Under the pieces are notes generated by a model that made no database searches, was not told the DNA's origin, and worked only from the letters and a program-made list of their open reading frames with translations. Position numbers and translations under genes: made by a program. Positions 25,406 to 34,376 of a stretch of DNA of 42,977 nt are shown here, piece by piece; position 1 is the first letter of the stretch; every line of letters begins with the position of its first letter. Origin of the DNA: Actinomycetales bacterium (GTDB lineage: Bacteria; Actinomycetota; Actinomycetes; Actinomycetales; CAWJMD01); contig JBBQSN010000003.1 in NCBI GenBank assembly GCA_038213835.1, positions 1 through 42,977 of the forward strand. The letters are read 5' to 3'.

Positions 25406-26119
25406 GTGGCGAAGAAGAACATCACGGCCGACAGGGCCGCCAAGATCGAGCAGATGAGGGCCGCGCAGGCGGCCACCGAGCGCCGGCGCACCCTGATCGT
25501 GGCCGGTGCGGCCGCCGTCGTCGTGCTCGTCCTGGTGGTGCTGGTGGTGGTCGTCGTGCGCGACTACCGCCGCGACAACCCCGACTCGCTGCCCCTGATC
25601 GGCGTGCCCGCCGGGTCGGCCGACTGCGACGCCGCCAGCGACGACACCGGGGGCGCGGACGACGTCAACAACCACGTCGGCCCGGGCACCCCCACCCCCG
25701 ACCAGATCACGGTCGAGTACGACACCGTGCCGCCGTCGTACGGCCCGCACTACGCCTCGCCCGCGTTCCCGGCGTCCCCGTTCTACACCGCCGAGGACCG
25801 CCCGGCGATGGAGACGCTGGTGCACAACCTCGAGCACGGCTACACCGTGGTCTGGTACGACGCCGACCTCCCGCAGGAGCAGGTCGACCAGCTCGAGCAG
25901 ATCTCCGGCATCGCCCGGGACCAGGACGCCACCGCGGGCAAGTTCATCGTCAGCGCCTGGGACGACGCCTACGGCGAGCTGGAGAAGCCGGTCGCCCTGT
26001 CGCACTGGGGCGCCGAGCAGAGCCACCGCCAGCTGTGCGGGAGCGTCTCCGGCGAGGTCGTCCAGCAGTTCGTCGACGACTACCCGTCGAGCGACTCGCC
26101 CGAGCCGAACGGGGCATGA
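25406..26119 (+). CDS. DUF3105 domain membrane-anchored protein
   Basis: N-terminal TM, then NHV...VEYD..PPSYGPHY, LVHNLEHGY.VVWY and PVALSHWG...SPEPNG. A -10 TAGGAT lies 6 nt before the GTG. Confidence 0.9.
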   Translation: MAKKNITADRAAKIEQMRAAQAATERRRTLIVAGAAAVVVLVLVVLVVVVVRDYRRDNPDSLPLIGVPAGSADCDAASDDTGGADDVNNHVGPGTPTPDQITVEYDTVPPSYGPHYASPAFPASPFYTAEDRPAMETLVHNLEHGYTVVWYDADLPQEQVDQLEQISGIARDQDATAGKFIVSAWDDAYGELEKPVALSHWGAEQSHRQLCGSVSGEVVQQFVDDYPSSDSPEPNGA

Positions 26120-26784
26120 GACCCGCCCGCGACGTCCCGGGGCTGCTGGCGGCGCTGCAGGCGAGCGACCCCGGTCGACCGCGGGTCACCTGGTACGGCC
26201 CGGCGCAGGGGCCGGGAGCCGGCGAGCGGATCGAGCTGTCCGCGCGGGTGCTGGTCAACTGGGTGGCCAAGACCGCCAACCTGCTCGTCGACGAGCTCGA
26301 CGCCGGTCCCGGTACCAGGGTCGCCCTCGACCTGCCGCCGCACTGGAAGCAGGTCGTCTGGGCCCTCGCGGTCTGGTCCGTCGGTGCTGAGGTGGTGGCC
26401 GACCACGACAGGCCGGACGTGCTGGTGTCCTCGCGTGTCGACGGCCGCAGCGGGCCGCTCCTGGTCGCCGTGGCGCTGCCGAGCCTGGCCCGCCGGTACG
26501 AGCCCGAACCGCCCGGAGGGTGGCTGGACTGGGCGGCGGAGGTGGCAGGCTTCGACGACGCCATGCCCGTCTCGCACACCCCCCTCGACCACACGGCGCT
26601 GCTCGCGGCCGCCCGCGGTGCGGACCTCGCGGACGGTGCCCGTCTGCTCGTCGAGGCCGCGCCGCAGGACGACCCGACGGCGGCGGCTCAGCGCGTGCTG
26701 GCTGCCTTCGCGGCCGACGGCTCGGCGGTGCTGGCGGGGCGCCCGCTCACCGACGGCGAGCTGGCGTCCGAGCGGGTCGGCTGA
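26116..26784 (+). CDS. TIGR03089 family protein (Rv3268-like)
   Basis: PRVTWYG...ERIELSARVLVNWVAKTANLL.DEL...LDLPPHW; ATGA overlap. Confidence 0.9.
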   Translation: MRPARDVPGLLAALQASDPGRPRVTWYGPAQGPGAGERIELSARVLVNWVAKTANLLVDELDAGPGTRVALDLPPHWKQVVWALAVWSVGAEVVADHDRPDVLVSSRVDGRSGPLLVAVALPSLARRYEPEPPGGWLDWAAEVAGFDDAMPVSHTPLDHTALLAAARGADLADGARLLVEAAPQDDPTAAAQRVLAAFAADGSAVLAGRPLTDGELASERVG

Positions 26785-26875
26785 CGCAGCGCGAACCGTA
26801 GACTCCGTGCCGCGGCCACCCCCGGCCGCCGGGTCGACGTCCGCGCCAGGGCGTCCGGAGGAGCGGGAGCACCCC

Positions 26876-27685
26876 ATGGACAAGGTGGTCGGCAGCGCGG
26901 CCGAGGCCGTCGCGGACATCCGTGACGGCGCCGGCCTGGCGGTGGGCGGGTTCGGGCTGTGCGGCATCCCGAGCGTGCTGATCGGGGCCGTGCACGAGCG
27001 GGGCACCCGTGACCTGGAGGTGTTCTCGAACAACTGCGGTGTCGACGGCTGGGGGCTCGGGGTGCTGCTGGAGAGCGGCCAGGTGCGCCGGGTGGTGGCG
27101 TCCTACGTCGGCGAGAACAAGGAGTTCGCCCGGCAGTACCTGTCCGGCGAGCTCGAGGTCGAGCTGACGCCGCAGGGCACCCTGGCCGAGCGGCTGCGCG
27201 CCGGCGGCAGCGGGATCCCCGCGTTCTACACCGCCACCGGCGTCGGCACCCAGGTCGCCGAGGGCGGCCTGCCGTGGCGCTACGACGCCGAGGGGAACGT
27301 GGTGCTCGCCTCCCCGCCGAAGCCCACCGCCACCTTCACGGTGCGCGGTCAGGAGCGCACCTTCGTGCTCGAGGAGGCGATCCACGCCGACGTCGCCCTG
27401 GTGCGCGCCTGGAAGGGCGACCGGCACGGCAACCTGGTGTTCCGCTCCGCCGCCCGCAACTTCAACCCGCTGTGCGCGATGGCCGGTGCCGTCACGGTCG
27501 CGGAGGTCGAGCACCTGGTCGAGCCGGGCGAGCTGGACCCCGAGAACGTCCACCTGCCCGGCGTCTACGTCCAGCGCGTGGTCGCGCTGACGCCCGAGCA
27601 GGCCGCGGACAAGCGGATCGAGAAGCGCACCGTGCGCCCCCGCCCCGCCGGCGTCGCGTCCGCCGACAGCACCGAGGAGAGCTGA
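26876..27685 (+). CDS. scoA: Succinyl-CoA:3-oxoacid CoA transferase subunit A
   Basis: [50 protein letters not shown] and ARNFNPL motifs. Confidence 0.95.
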   Translation: MDKVVGSAAEAVADIRDGAGLAVGGFGLCGIPSVLIGAVHERGTRDLEVFSNNCGVDGWGLGVLLESGQVRRVVASYVGENKEFARQYLSGELEVELTPQGTLAERLRAGGSGIPAFYTATGVGTQVAEGGLPWRYDAEGNVVLASPPKPTATFTVRGQERTFVLEEAIHADVALVRAWKGDRHGNLVFRSAARNFNPLCAMAGAVTVAEVEHLVEPGELDPENVHLPGVYVQRVVALTPEQAADKRIEKRTVRPRPAGVASADSTEES

Positions 27686-27686
27686 G

Positions 27687-28349
27687 ATGGCCCTGACCCG
27701 TGAGCAGATGGCGGCCCGCGCGGCGGCCGAGCTGGCCGACGGTGACTACGTCAACCTCGGGATCGGGCTGCCCACCCTGGTGCCGAACTACGTCCCGGAC
27801 GACGTCGAGATCGTGCTGCAGTCCGAGAACGGGATCCTCGGGTTCGGCCCCTACCCCTACTCCGGCGACGAGGACGCCGACCTCATCAACGCCGGGAAGG
27901 AGACCGTCACGCTGCGCAAGGGGGCGTCGATCTTCGACTCGGCCACCAGCTTCGGCATGATCCGCGGCGGCAAGGTCGACGCCGCGATCCTCGGGGCCAT
28001 GCAGGTCTCGGTCGCGGGCGACATCGCCAACTGGATGATCCCCGGGAAGATGGTCAAGGGCATGGGCGGCGCGATGGACCTCGTCCACGGCGCCAAGAAG
28101 GTGGTCGTGCTGATGGAGCACGTCGCCAAGGACGGCTCGCACAAGATCGTCCAGGAGTGCACCCTGCCCTTCACGGGCAAGGGCGTCGTGCAGCGGATCA
28201 TCACCGACCTCGCCGTCCTCGACGTCACCCCGGACGGCCTCGTGCTGCGCGAGCTCGCCCCGGGCGTGGGGCTCGACGAGGTGCGGGAGAAGACCGGTGC
28301 CACCCTGGCCGTCGACGACGCGGTGCACCCGGTGGGCGCGGACGGGTGA
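27687..28349 (+). CDS. scoB: Succinyl-CoA:3-oxoacid CoA transferase subunit B
   Basis: [16 protein letters not shown] (catalytic Glu), DLINAGKE and GMGGAMDLV motifs. Confidence 0.95.
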   Translation: MALTREQMAARAAAELADGDYVNLGIGLPTLVPNYVPDDVEIVLQSENGILGFGPYPYSGDEDADLINAGKETVTLRKGASIFDSATSFGMIRGGKVDAAILGAMQVSVAGDIANWMIPGKMVKGMGGAMDLVHGAKKVVVLMEHVAKDGSHKIVQECTLPFTGKGVVQRIITDLAVLDVTPDGLVLRELAPGVGLDEVREKTGATLAVDDAVHPVGADG

Positions 28350-28376
28350 CCCGCCCGCGCCCCGCCGGGCGACACG

Positions 28377-29183
28377 TCAGCTGGTGCCGAGCCGCACCGC
28401 ACCCACGCTGGTCGCGCCGTCCGGCTCCGGCCACCAGTCGCCCGCCACGGGGTAGTCGCTGGCCCGGCCGAACTTGAACGAGGTGGCCACCGTGCGCGGC
28501 GCGGTGCCGGCGGTGGCGGTGTTGCTGAGGAAGAAGGCGCCGGAGCGGCCGAGGCCCAGGGTCTGTGTCCCGTTGCCGTCCCAGTCGCCGACGAGCGGGA
28601 CGTCACTCGGCAGGCCGAACACCACGTTGGTGGTCGCCCTGGCGACCGAGCCGTTGGTGATCCTGACGTTGCTCAGGTAGTAGCGGTTGGCGCGCACCAC
28701 ACCGACGGTGTCGAAGCCGTCGCCGTCCCAGTCGCCGACGATCGGGTGGTCGTCGGCGCGGCCGAGCGCCTGCTTGGTCGCCGCGGTGCCCGTCGCGTTG
28801 TCCGCCGCGGCGTAGAAGACGCCGCCGCGGTACACGCCCGCGGTGTCGATGCCGTCGTTGTTCCAGTCGCCGCACAGCGGGACGTCGGTGGCGCGGCCGA
28901 ACGCGAACGGGCGGGGTTCGTCCGAGCCGTCGTCGATGAGGAACTCGCCGTCGAGCCACAGGGCCGGGAAGTCGCCCGTCCCGTCACCGTCGCAGACCAG
29001 CGGGTACGTGCTGTCGTCGCCGTAGTCCTCCAGCGCCTGCACCGTGCTGGTGGCCGCGTTGGAGTCCCTCAGGTACCAGTCCAGCTCGCCGGGAGCGGCG
29101 GCGGCAGGGGCGACGAGGACGACGGACGTGGCCGCGGCGGCCAGGACCCCCGCCCCGACGGCACTCCAGGTGCGGTGCGACAT
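28377..29183 (-). CDS. Secreted stand-alone protein of five GDWDG (FG-GAP/VCBS-like) repeats
   Basis: GAGAGG RBS before ATG 29183, signal peptide ending APAAA-A, and repeats FG..DVP..GDW(D/N)GDG.DT.GV.R. Confidence 0.85.
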   Translation of the reverse strand: MSHRTWSAVGAGVLAAAATSVVLVAPAAAAPGELDWYLRDSNAATSTVQALEDYGDDSTYPLVCDGDGTGDFPALWLDGEFLIDDGSDEPRPFAFGRATDVPLCGDWNNDGIDTAGVYRGGVFYAAADNATGTAATKQALGRADDHPIVGDWDGDGFDTVGVVRANRYYLSNVRITNGSVARATTNVVFGLPSDVPLVGDWDGNGTQTLGLGRSGAFFLSNTATAGTAPRTVATSFKFGRASDYPVAGDWWPEPDGATSVGAVRLGTS

Positions 29184-29219
29184 GTGCGTTTCCTCTCGTT
29201 GGTCCATCTGCGGGGGATC

Positions 29220-31136
29220 TCAGCCTGCGAAGGCGGAAGAGAACTGGGCGTCGCCGCCGGTCGGCTGGTTGCGGCCGAGGTACGTGGTGCCTCGGACGAC
29301 GCCGGGTCCGTCGCCGACGCGACCGTCCCAGTTGCCGGCCACGGGCCGGTCGGTGGGCACGCCGAAGGCGAACGACCACCGGGTGGTCAGGTTCGTGGTC
29401 GAGGCGGCCAGGTGCCAGCGGCCATCGCGCAGCAGACCGGGGGCGTCCACTCCGGACCCGGCCCAGTCGCCGACGGTGGGGGCGTCGGTCCTGAGGCCGA
29501 AGGAGAACGAGGTCGTGGCCGGACCGGCCGACGGCGCCGACCGCAGGTACCAGCGGTTGGAACGCTTGACGCCGATGCCCTCCCGCGCGCCGGCGCCCCA
29601 CGTCCCCACGACGGGGACGTCGCCGGGCCGCCCGTAGGCGAAGGAGGACTGCGACGGGCCGCCCGACGCCGTCCGGCGCAGGTGCCACTGGCCGCCGCGG
29701 TAGATGCCCACCCCGTCCCGCCCGGTGTTCGCGAAGTCGCCCACGAGGGGGACGTCGCCCTTGCGACCGTAGGTGAACTCGACCACCTGGCCGGCCGCCG
29801 TCCGGATCGACCACGCGCCGTTGCGGAACCAGCCGACGTCGGCCCTGCCGTCGCCGTCGAGGTCGCCCACGACGGGGACGGCACCGGGGCCACCGATCTG
29901 CAGCGGTGTGGTCGAGGAGGCCGTCCGGGCCGCCACCGACCGGATCGTGCCGAGCGCGGAGTAGAGGTAGCGCCCCGGGCACGCGGTCTGGCCGACGTCG
30001 CGGTGGCCGCTGATGACGTCGACGGTGACCTGCTGCCCTGCCGGGTAGCGCGAGGTGCCCCCTCCGGCCGAGGTCAGGGTCACCGTGCCGGCGACGTCGC
30101 GGGAGTACCGGGCCAGCACCCACCCGGCGGCCTGGCCCATCGAGGTGACCATCGCCGGGGGCGCCGCGACCTCGTCGTAGTTGCCGAGCCCCGAGATGCC
30201 GATGGTGTCGGTGTTGAACCCGCCCGTGTGCGCCCCGGAGATCGGGGCGGTGATGCTGCCGATCCGGCCCTCGTAGATGCGCCCGAACTTGTCGACGAGG
30301 AAGTTGTAGCCGATGTCGGTCCAGCCCAGCGACTGCGTGTGGTAGGCGTAGATGGCCCTCATCTGGGCGGCCGCGTCGATCGAGGTGTAGCTGTTGGTCG
30401 AGGCGGTGTGGTGCACGAACGCCGCGCGCACCGTGGCCATCCGCGAGGGCGTCCCGTTGCGCAGCGACTCGTCGGCGCCCCACTGGGCCCGGGTGATGAT
30501 CGGCGGCCCGTCGGTCGCTGCCGTCGTCGCCGGGGTGGTGGCCGCCGGGGGCGCGTCACCGCCGTCCACCAGGTTGACCACGACGTCGGAGGCGTCGACG
30601 GTGCGAGCGGCCTCGAGCCTCACCTGCAGGCCGTCTGCGCCGTCGCTGACCAGCGGTTCGGTGCCGACGGTCCCGGCGCCGGACGCGCCCTCCTCGCCGT
30701 CGGGGACCCCCGCCTCGACGTCGAGGGCGACCCACTCGCTCCACGTGCCCCGCTCGAGCAACCGCACCGAGACGCCGACGTCGGTGCCGAGGTCGGCGGC
30801 GTCCCAGGTGAGGCCGATCGCGCTGAAGGACCCGGTGGCGGCCGCGAGGGTGGTCACGGTCCCCTGCGCGCCCGCCGTCCGGGAGCCGGCCGGGGCGACC
30901 AGGTCCGACAGCGGCACCTGACGTACGCCACCGGGGCCCTGCACGCCCTCCACGACGGTGGTGGGGGCGGCGGTCCCGGCGAGCTGTGCCTGTTCGGTCG
31001 CGACGGCCGGGGCCGGGGCGCCGGTGGCGGCCGACGGCGCCAGCACGGTCGCGGCGACGCAGCACAGCGTCACCGCGGCGGACCGGGTGAGCGGACGGAG
31101 CCCGGCTCGCGCAGGGCGCAACGACGTGGTCGTCAT
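29220..31136 (-). CDS. Secreted N-acetylmuramoyl-L-alanine amidase (Amidase_2/PGRP) with C-terminal five-repeat GDWDG module
   Basis: AAGGAG RBS and signal peptide. IITRAQWGADE, VHHTA, GWTDIGYNFLVD, YEGR, GAHTGGFN and GHRDVGQTACPG (Zn ligands intact). Confidence 0.95.
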   Translation of the reverse strand: MTTTSLRPARAGLRPLTRSAAVTLCCVAATVLAPSAATGAPAPAVATEQAQLAGTAAPTTVVEGVQGPGGVRQVPLSDLVAPAGSRTAGAQGTVTTLAAATGSFSAIGLTWDAADLGTDVGVSVRLLERGTWSEWVALDVEAGVPDGEEGASGAGTVGTEPLVSDGADGLQVRLEAARTVDASDVVVNLVDGGDAPPAATTPATTAATDGPPIITRAQWGADESLRNGTPSRMATVRAAFVHHTASTNSYTSIDAAAQMRAIYAYHTQSLGWTDIGYNFLVDKFGRIYEGRIGSITAPISGAHTGGFNTDTIGISGLGNYDEVAAPPAMVTSMGQAAGWVLARYSRDVAGTVTLTSAGGGTSRYPAGQQVTVDVISGHRDVGQTACPGRYLYSALGTIRSVAARTASSTTPLQIGGPGAVPVVGDLDGDGRADVGWFRNGAWSIRTAAGQVVEFTYGRKGDVPLVGDFANTGRDGVGIYRGGQWHLRRTASGGPSQSSFAYGRPGDVPVVGTWGAGAREGIGVKRSNRWYLRSAPSAGPATTSFSFGLRTDAPTVGDWAGSGVDAPGLLRDGRWHLAASTTNLTTRWSFAFGVPTDRPVAGNWDGRVGDGPGVVRGTTYLGRNQPTGGDAQFSSAFAG

Positions 31137-31177
31137 GAGGGGGGCTCCTTGCATCTGGCGTGACCGCACCACTGACC

Positions 31178-31203
31178 ATCGGTCGGCCCGTGCCCGACTT
31201 GAG
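31178..31203 (-). promoter_or_regulatory. Sigma28 (FliA/WhiG)-like promoter upstream of the amidase
   Basis: CTCAAG-N14-ACCGAT, about 40 nt upstream of the ATG. Confidence 0.45.
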
Positions 31204-31288
31204 GCGGGAAGCCTCAGCAGGGCACCCCAGGCACACGCGCCCTGTCAACCCCACCCGTCACATTCGCCCCACCAGCACCGTGGGTCAC

Positions 31289-33355
31289 TCAACCGCGGAA
31301 CGTGACGGAGTGCTGCGCCGGACCCCCTGTCGGGGTGTCGCGGCCCAGGAACGTGGCGCCGCGGACGACGCCCGGACCGTCGCGGCCGTCGCCGTCCCAG
31401 TCGCCCGCCACCGGGCGGTCCTGCGCGGTCCCGAAGGCGAACGACCAGCGGGTCCGCAGGTCCTCGACCCCGCCGGCGAGGTGCCAGCGTCCCTGCCGCA
31501 GCAGGCCCGGGAGGTCGTACCCGCCGCCGTCCCAGTCGCCGACCGTCGGGGCGTCGGTCGCGAGCCCGAAGGTGAACGCCCGCCGCGCATCGCCTGCTGA
31601 CGGCGAGTCGCGCAGGTACCAGCGGTTGCCCCGCTTGACCCCGACGCCGTCACGGGCGGCGCCTGGCCAGGTCCCCATCACCGGGACGTCGCCCGCGCGC
31701 CCGTAGGAGAACGCGACCTCCGCCGGGCCCCCGGACGCGGTCCGGCGCAGGAACCACTGGCCGTCGCGGAACACCCCGATGCCGTCCCGGCCGGAGTCCG
31801 CCACGTCACCGGTGACCGGCACGTCCCCCCTGCGTCCGAACGAGAACCGCACCTCGGAGCCGGTCGCGGTGCGGAACGCCCACGCGCCGTCACGGAACCA
31901 ACCGACGTCGCTCCTGCCGTCGCCGTCGACGTCGGCCGTCACGGGGGTGGCCCCGGGGCCGGCGATACCGGGCCGCTCCACGGTGAACCCGGGCGAGGCG
32001 ACCACGGAGCCGAGCACGCCCTGCAGCCGCTGCCGCGAGTCCCACCCGGTGAACGCCCGCGTGGTCGCCACACCGCCGACCACCCCGGTGACGCGCACCC
32101 GGTCGCGGCTCGCCGACCCCTGCGGGGCCACCTGGACGTCGGTCACCCGCTCGAAGCCGAACGCCCGGGCGAGCTGCTCCCAGCTGGCGCCGACGGTCCA
32201 GCTGCGGCGCGGGTTGCCGGACGCGGCGTCCCAGGCGCTGTCGTCGACCGGCCGCAGGTGGGCGACCGGGGACGTGCCGAAGACGTAGGCGTTGGACTCG
32301 CTCCAGCCGCCGTGCGAGGACGTGTACAGCAGGTCGCGCGCCAGCGCGCCGGAGGACGCCAGCATCACCCGGCCGCCGGTGGGGGTCGTGGTGGCGTCGA
32401 CGGCGGCGCGCAGGGCGCCACCGGCCGCGCGGTCGGCCTCCTCCTGGGTCAGCCCGGTCCAGTTCTGGTGCGCGGGGGTGGGCAGGATCAGGTAGCCCTG
32501 CTCGGCCTCGCTGAACCGGCCGGCGAGGTACGTACGCGCTGCGACAGCCTGGGCCTGGTGCGCCGTCGAGCGCCACGACAGGGGCATCTCGGTGAGCCCG
32601 CGCAGGTACTTCTGGACGCCTTGGGCACCGTTGCCGTCCTCCATCACCTCGCGGACGTCGAGCCCGGCGGCATCGGCCGTCACCCGCGTGTAGTCGTAGG
32701 AGGCCCGGCGGTCGAGCAGCGCCGCCCCCGTCGAGCCCCAGGTGCGGACCCGGACCGCCGTGCCGGTGTGCTGGGCCCGTACCCCGCCCCCCGTCCCGAG
32801 CCGGTGCACGACCCTGGCGTCGGCTGCGGTGCCGGCCCGCAGCTCCAGCCCGCCGCCGACCGCCCGCACGACCCAGGTCTGTCCCGTCGCCTGCACCTCG
32901 GTGCGCGGCGTGCCGCTGGTGTTGGTCCAGGAGACCGGGCCCCCCTCGGCGGTGACGGACGCGTAGCCGCGGGTGCCGCCGTTGGTGAGCATGTCGATCA
33001 GCACCCGGTGGTGCAGGTCGGCCTCGCCGACCCGCAGGCCCGGGTAGTAGGTCTGCAGGATCTGCGTGGAGCTGCAGCCGAGGGTCGCCGCGCCCTGGGC
33101 GCCGTACTGGCTCATGCCGAGGCTGTGCCCGAAGCCGTGGCCGTGCAGGACGACGTCGCTGCCGTCGGGCCCGGCCTGGTCGGCCGCCGGGCGCCCGCCG
33201 GGGGCCGGGCAGGCGGCGTGCGCCACCTGGGCCGACAGCGGGACGACCAACGGGGCGACCAGGGCCGCGAGGGCGACCCGCAGCGCCAGGCGCGCGAGGG
33301 ACGGACGGACGCGGGTGCGCGGCAGGCTGGGCGGCTCGTTGGTCATGTCAGTCAT
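31289..33355 (-). CDS. Secreted SpoIID/LytB-domain lytic transglycosylase-like protein with C-terminal five-repeat GDWDG module
   Basis: ATGA overlap with the rfbD stop (alternative ATG 33346) and a signal peptide. GHGFGHSLGMSQYGA, YLRGLTEMPLSW...AQAVAARTY and YTSSHGGWSE motifs. Confidence 0.92.
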   Translation of the reverse strand: MTDMTNEPPSLPRTRVRPSLARLALRVALAALVAPLVVPLSAQVAHAACPAPGGRPAADQAGPDGSDVVLHGHGFGHSLGMSQYGAQGAATLGCSSTQILQTYYPGLRVGEADLHHRVLIDMLTNGGTRGYASVTAEGGPVSWTNTSGTPRTEVQATGQTWVVRAVGGGLELRAGTAADARVVHRLGTGGGVRAQHTGTAVRVRTWGSTGAALLDRRASYDYTRVTADAAGLDVREVMEDGNGAQGVQKYLRGLTEMPLSWRSTAHQAQAVAARTYLAGRFSEAEQGYLILPTPAHQNWTGLTQEEADRAAGGALRAAVDATTTPTGGRVMLASSGALARDLLYTSSHGGWSESNAYVFGTSPVAHLRPVDDSAWDAASGNPRRSWTVGASWEQLARAFGFERVTDVQVAPQGSASRDRVRVTGVVGGVATTRAFTGWDSRQRLQGVLGSVVASPGFTVERPGIAGPGATPVTADVDGDGRSDVGWFRDGAWAFRTATGSEVRFSFGRRGDVPVTGDVADSGRDGIGVFRDGQWFLRRTASGGPAEVAFSYGRAGDVPVMGTWPGAARDGVGVKRGNRWYLRDSPSAGDARRAFTFGLATDAPTVGDWDGGGYDLPGLLRQGRWHLAGGVEDLRTRWSFAFGTAQDRPVAGDWDGDGRDGPGVVRGATFLGRDTPTGGPAQHSVTFRG

Positions 33356-34242
33356 CCTCCTGGGATCGGCGCTGCGAGGACACCGAGGGAGACGGCCTCG
33401 GCCAGGGCCTCGTCCCAGGCTCGCATGGGCGGCAGGCCCGCGTCCGCCCATCGCCGGTGCCCGAGCACCGAGTAGGCGGGACGCGGCGCCGGTCGGGGGA
33501 ACCGGTCGGTGGTCGTGGGGAGCACCCGCGCCGGGTCGGAGCCGGTCAGCTCGAGCAGGTGGCGGACCAGGCCGAACCAGGTGACGTCGCCGGACGCTGT
33601 GCCGTGGTAGGTGCCCGCGGGTGCGCCGCAGGTGACCAGGTCGACCAGGTGCCGGGCCAGGTCGTGGGTCCAGGTGGGCTGGCCGCGCTGGTCGTCGACG
33701 ACCTCGACGGTGTCGCGCTCGCCCAGGAGCCGGAGCATCGTGGCGGGCAGGTTGCCGCCGTGGCGGCCGTAGAGCCAGGCGGTCCGCACCACGTACGAGC
33801 GGTCCGGCGCCTCGGCCCGCACCGCCCACTCGCCGGCCGCCTTGGTGCGGCCGTAGGCGGAGCGCGGCGAGAGCGGGGCGTCCTCGGCGTAGGGGGTGCT
33901 CGCGGTGCCGTCGAAGACGTAGTCGGTGGAGACGTGCACGAGGGCGGCGCCGGACCGGTGGCAGGCGCGGGCCAGGTGCGCCGGCCCCACCGCGTTCGCC
34001 ACGAAGGCCTCGGGCTCCTGCTCCTCGGCGAGGTCGACAGCGGTCCAGCCGGCGCAGTTCAGGACCACCGCGGCCCCGGCGACCGCCCGCTCGACCGAGC
34101 GCTCGTCGGTGATGTCGAGGTCGGCCCGGCCGAGCGCGCGCACCTCGCGCCCCCCGAGCGCCGTGACGACGTCGTGGCCGAGCATCCCGCCCGCGCCGGT
34201 CACCACCCACTGACCGTCCGGCTCCACCCGTGACCGAGACAC
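33352..34242 (-). CDS. rfbD: dTDP-4-dehydrorhamnose reductase
   Basis: VTGAGGMLG, NCAGWTAVD.AE, STDYVFDG, YGRTK, VVDDQRGQPT and PAPRPAYSVL motifs. Confidence 0.97.
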   Translation of the reverse strand: MSRSRVEPDGQWVVTGAGGMLGHDVVTALGGREVRALGRADLDITDERSVERAVAGAAVVLNCAGWTAVDLAEEQEPEAFVANAVGPAHLARACHRSGAALVHVSTDYVFDGTASTPYAEDAPLSPRSAYGRTKAAGEWAVRAEAPDRSYVVRTAWLYGRHGGNLPATMLRLLGERDTVEVVDDQRGQPTWTHDLARHLVDLVTCGAPAGTYHGTASGDVTWFGLVRHLLELTGSDPARVLPTTTDRFPRPAPRPAYSVLGHRRWADAGLPPMRAWDEALAEAVSLGVLAAPIPGG

Positions 34243-34376
34243 CGCTCACTTCCTCGTCCGCCCAGTCGCTCCCGGACCAGGAGGACCCGAGCATCGTAGT
34301 CACGCGTGCCGGCACCGGTCACCGCACCGAGGTGCCGCTACTCTCCTGCGGTGCCCGTCGACGCCCTGGAGTCACC

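Noticed and set aside
31243-31248. Perfect TTGACA on the minus strand
   Set aside because: No plausible -10 hexamer at 16-18 nt spacing.
31137-31288. c-di-AMP (ydaO) riboswitch upstream of the amidase
   Set aside because: A TGGGGCGAAT-like word is present, but the other conserved blocks (GGGGAACC, CCCGTCAGCTAAC) are absent.
28377-31966. Periodic ~135-nt repeats as a CRISPR or non-coding array
   Set aside because: They are degenerate, in-frame protein repeats with no identical repeat-unique spacer structure, and there are no cas genes.
31289-34315. 1008-aa ORF suggesting an rfbD-SpoIID fusion
   Set aside because: The upstream part is a different frame over rfbD; the signal peptide starts at 33355/33346.
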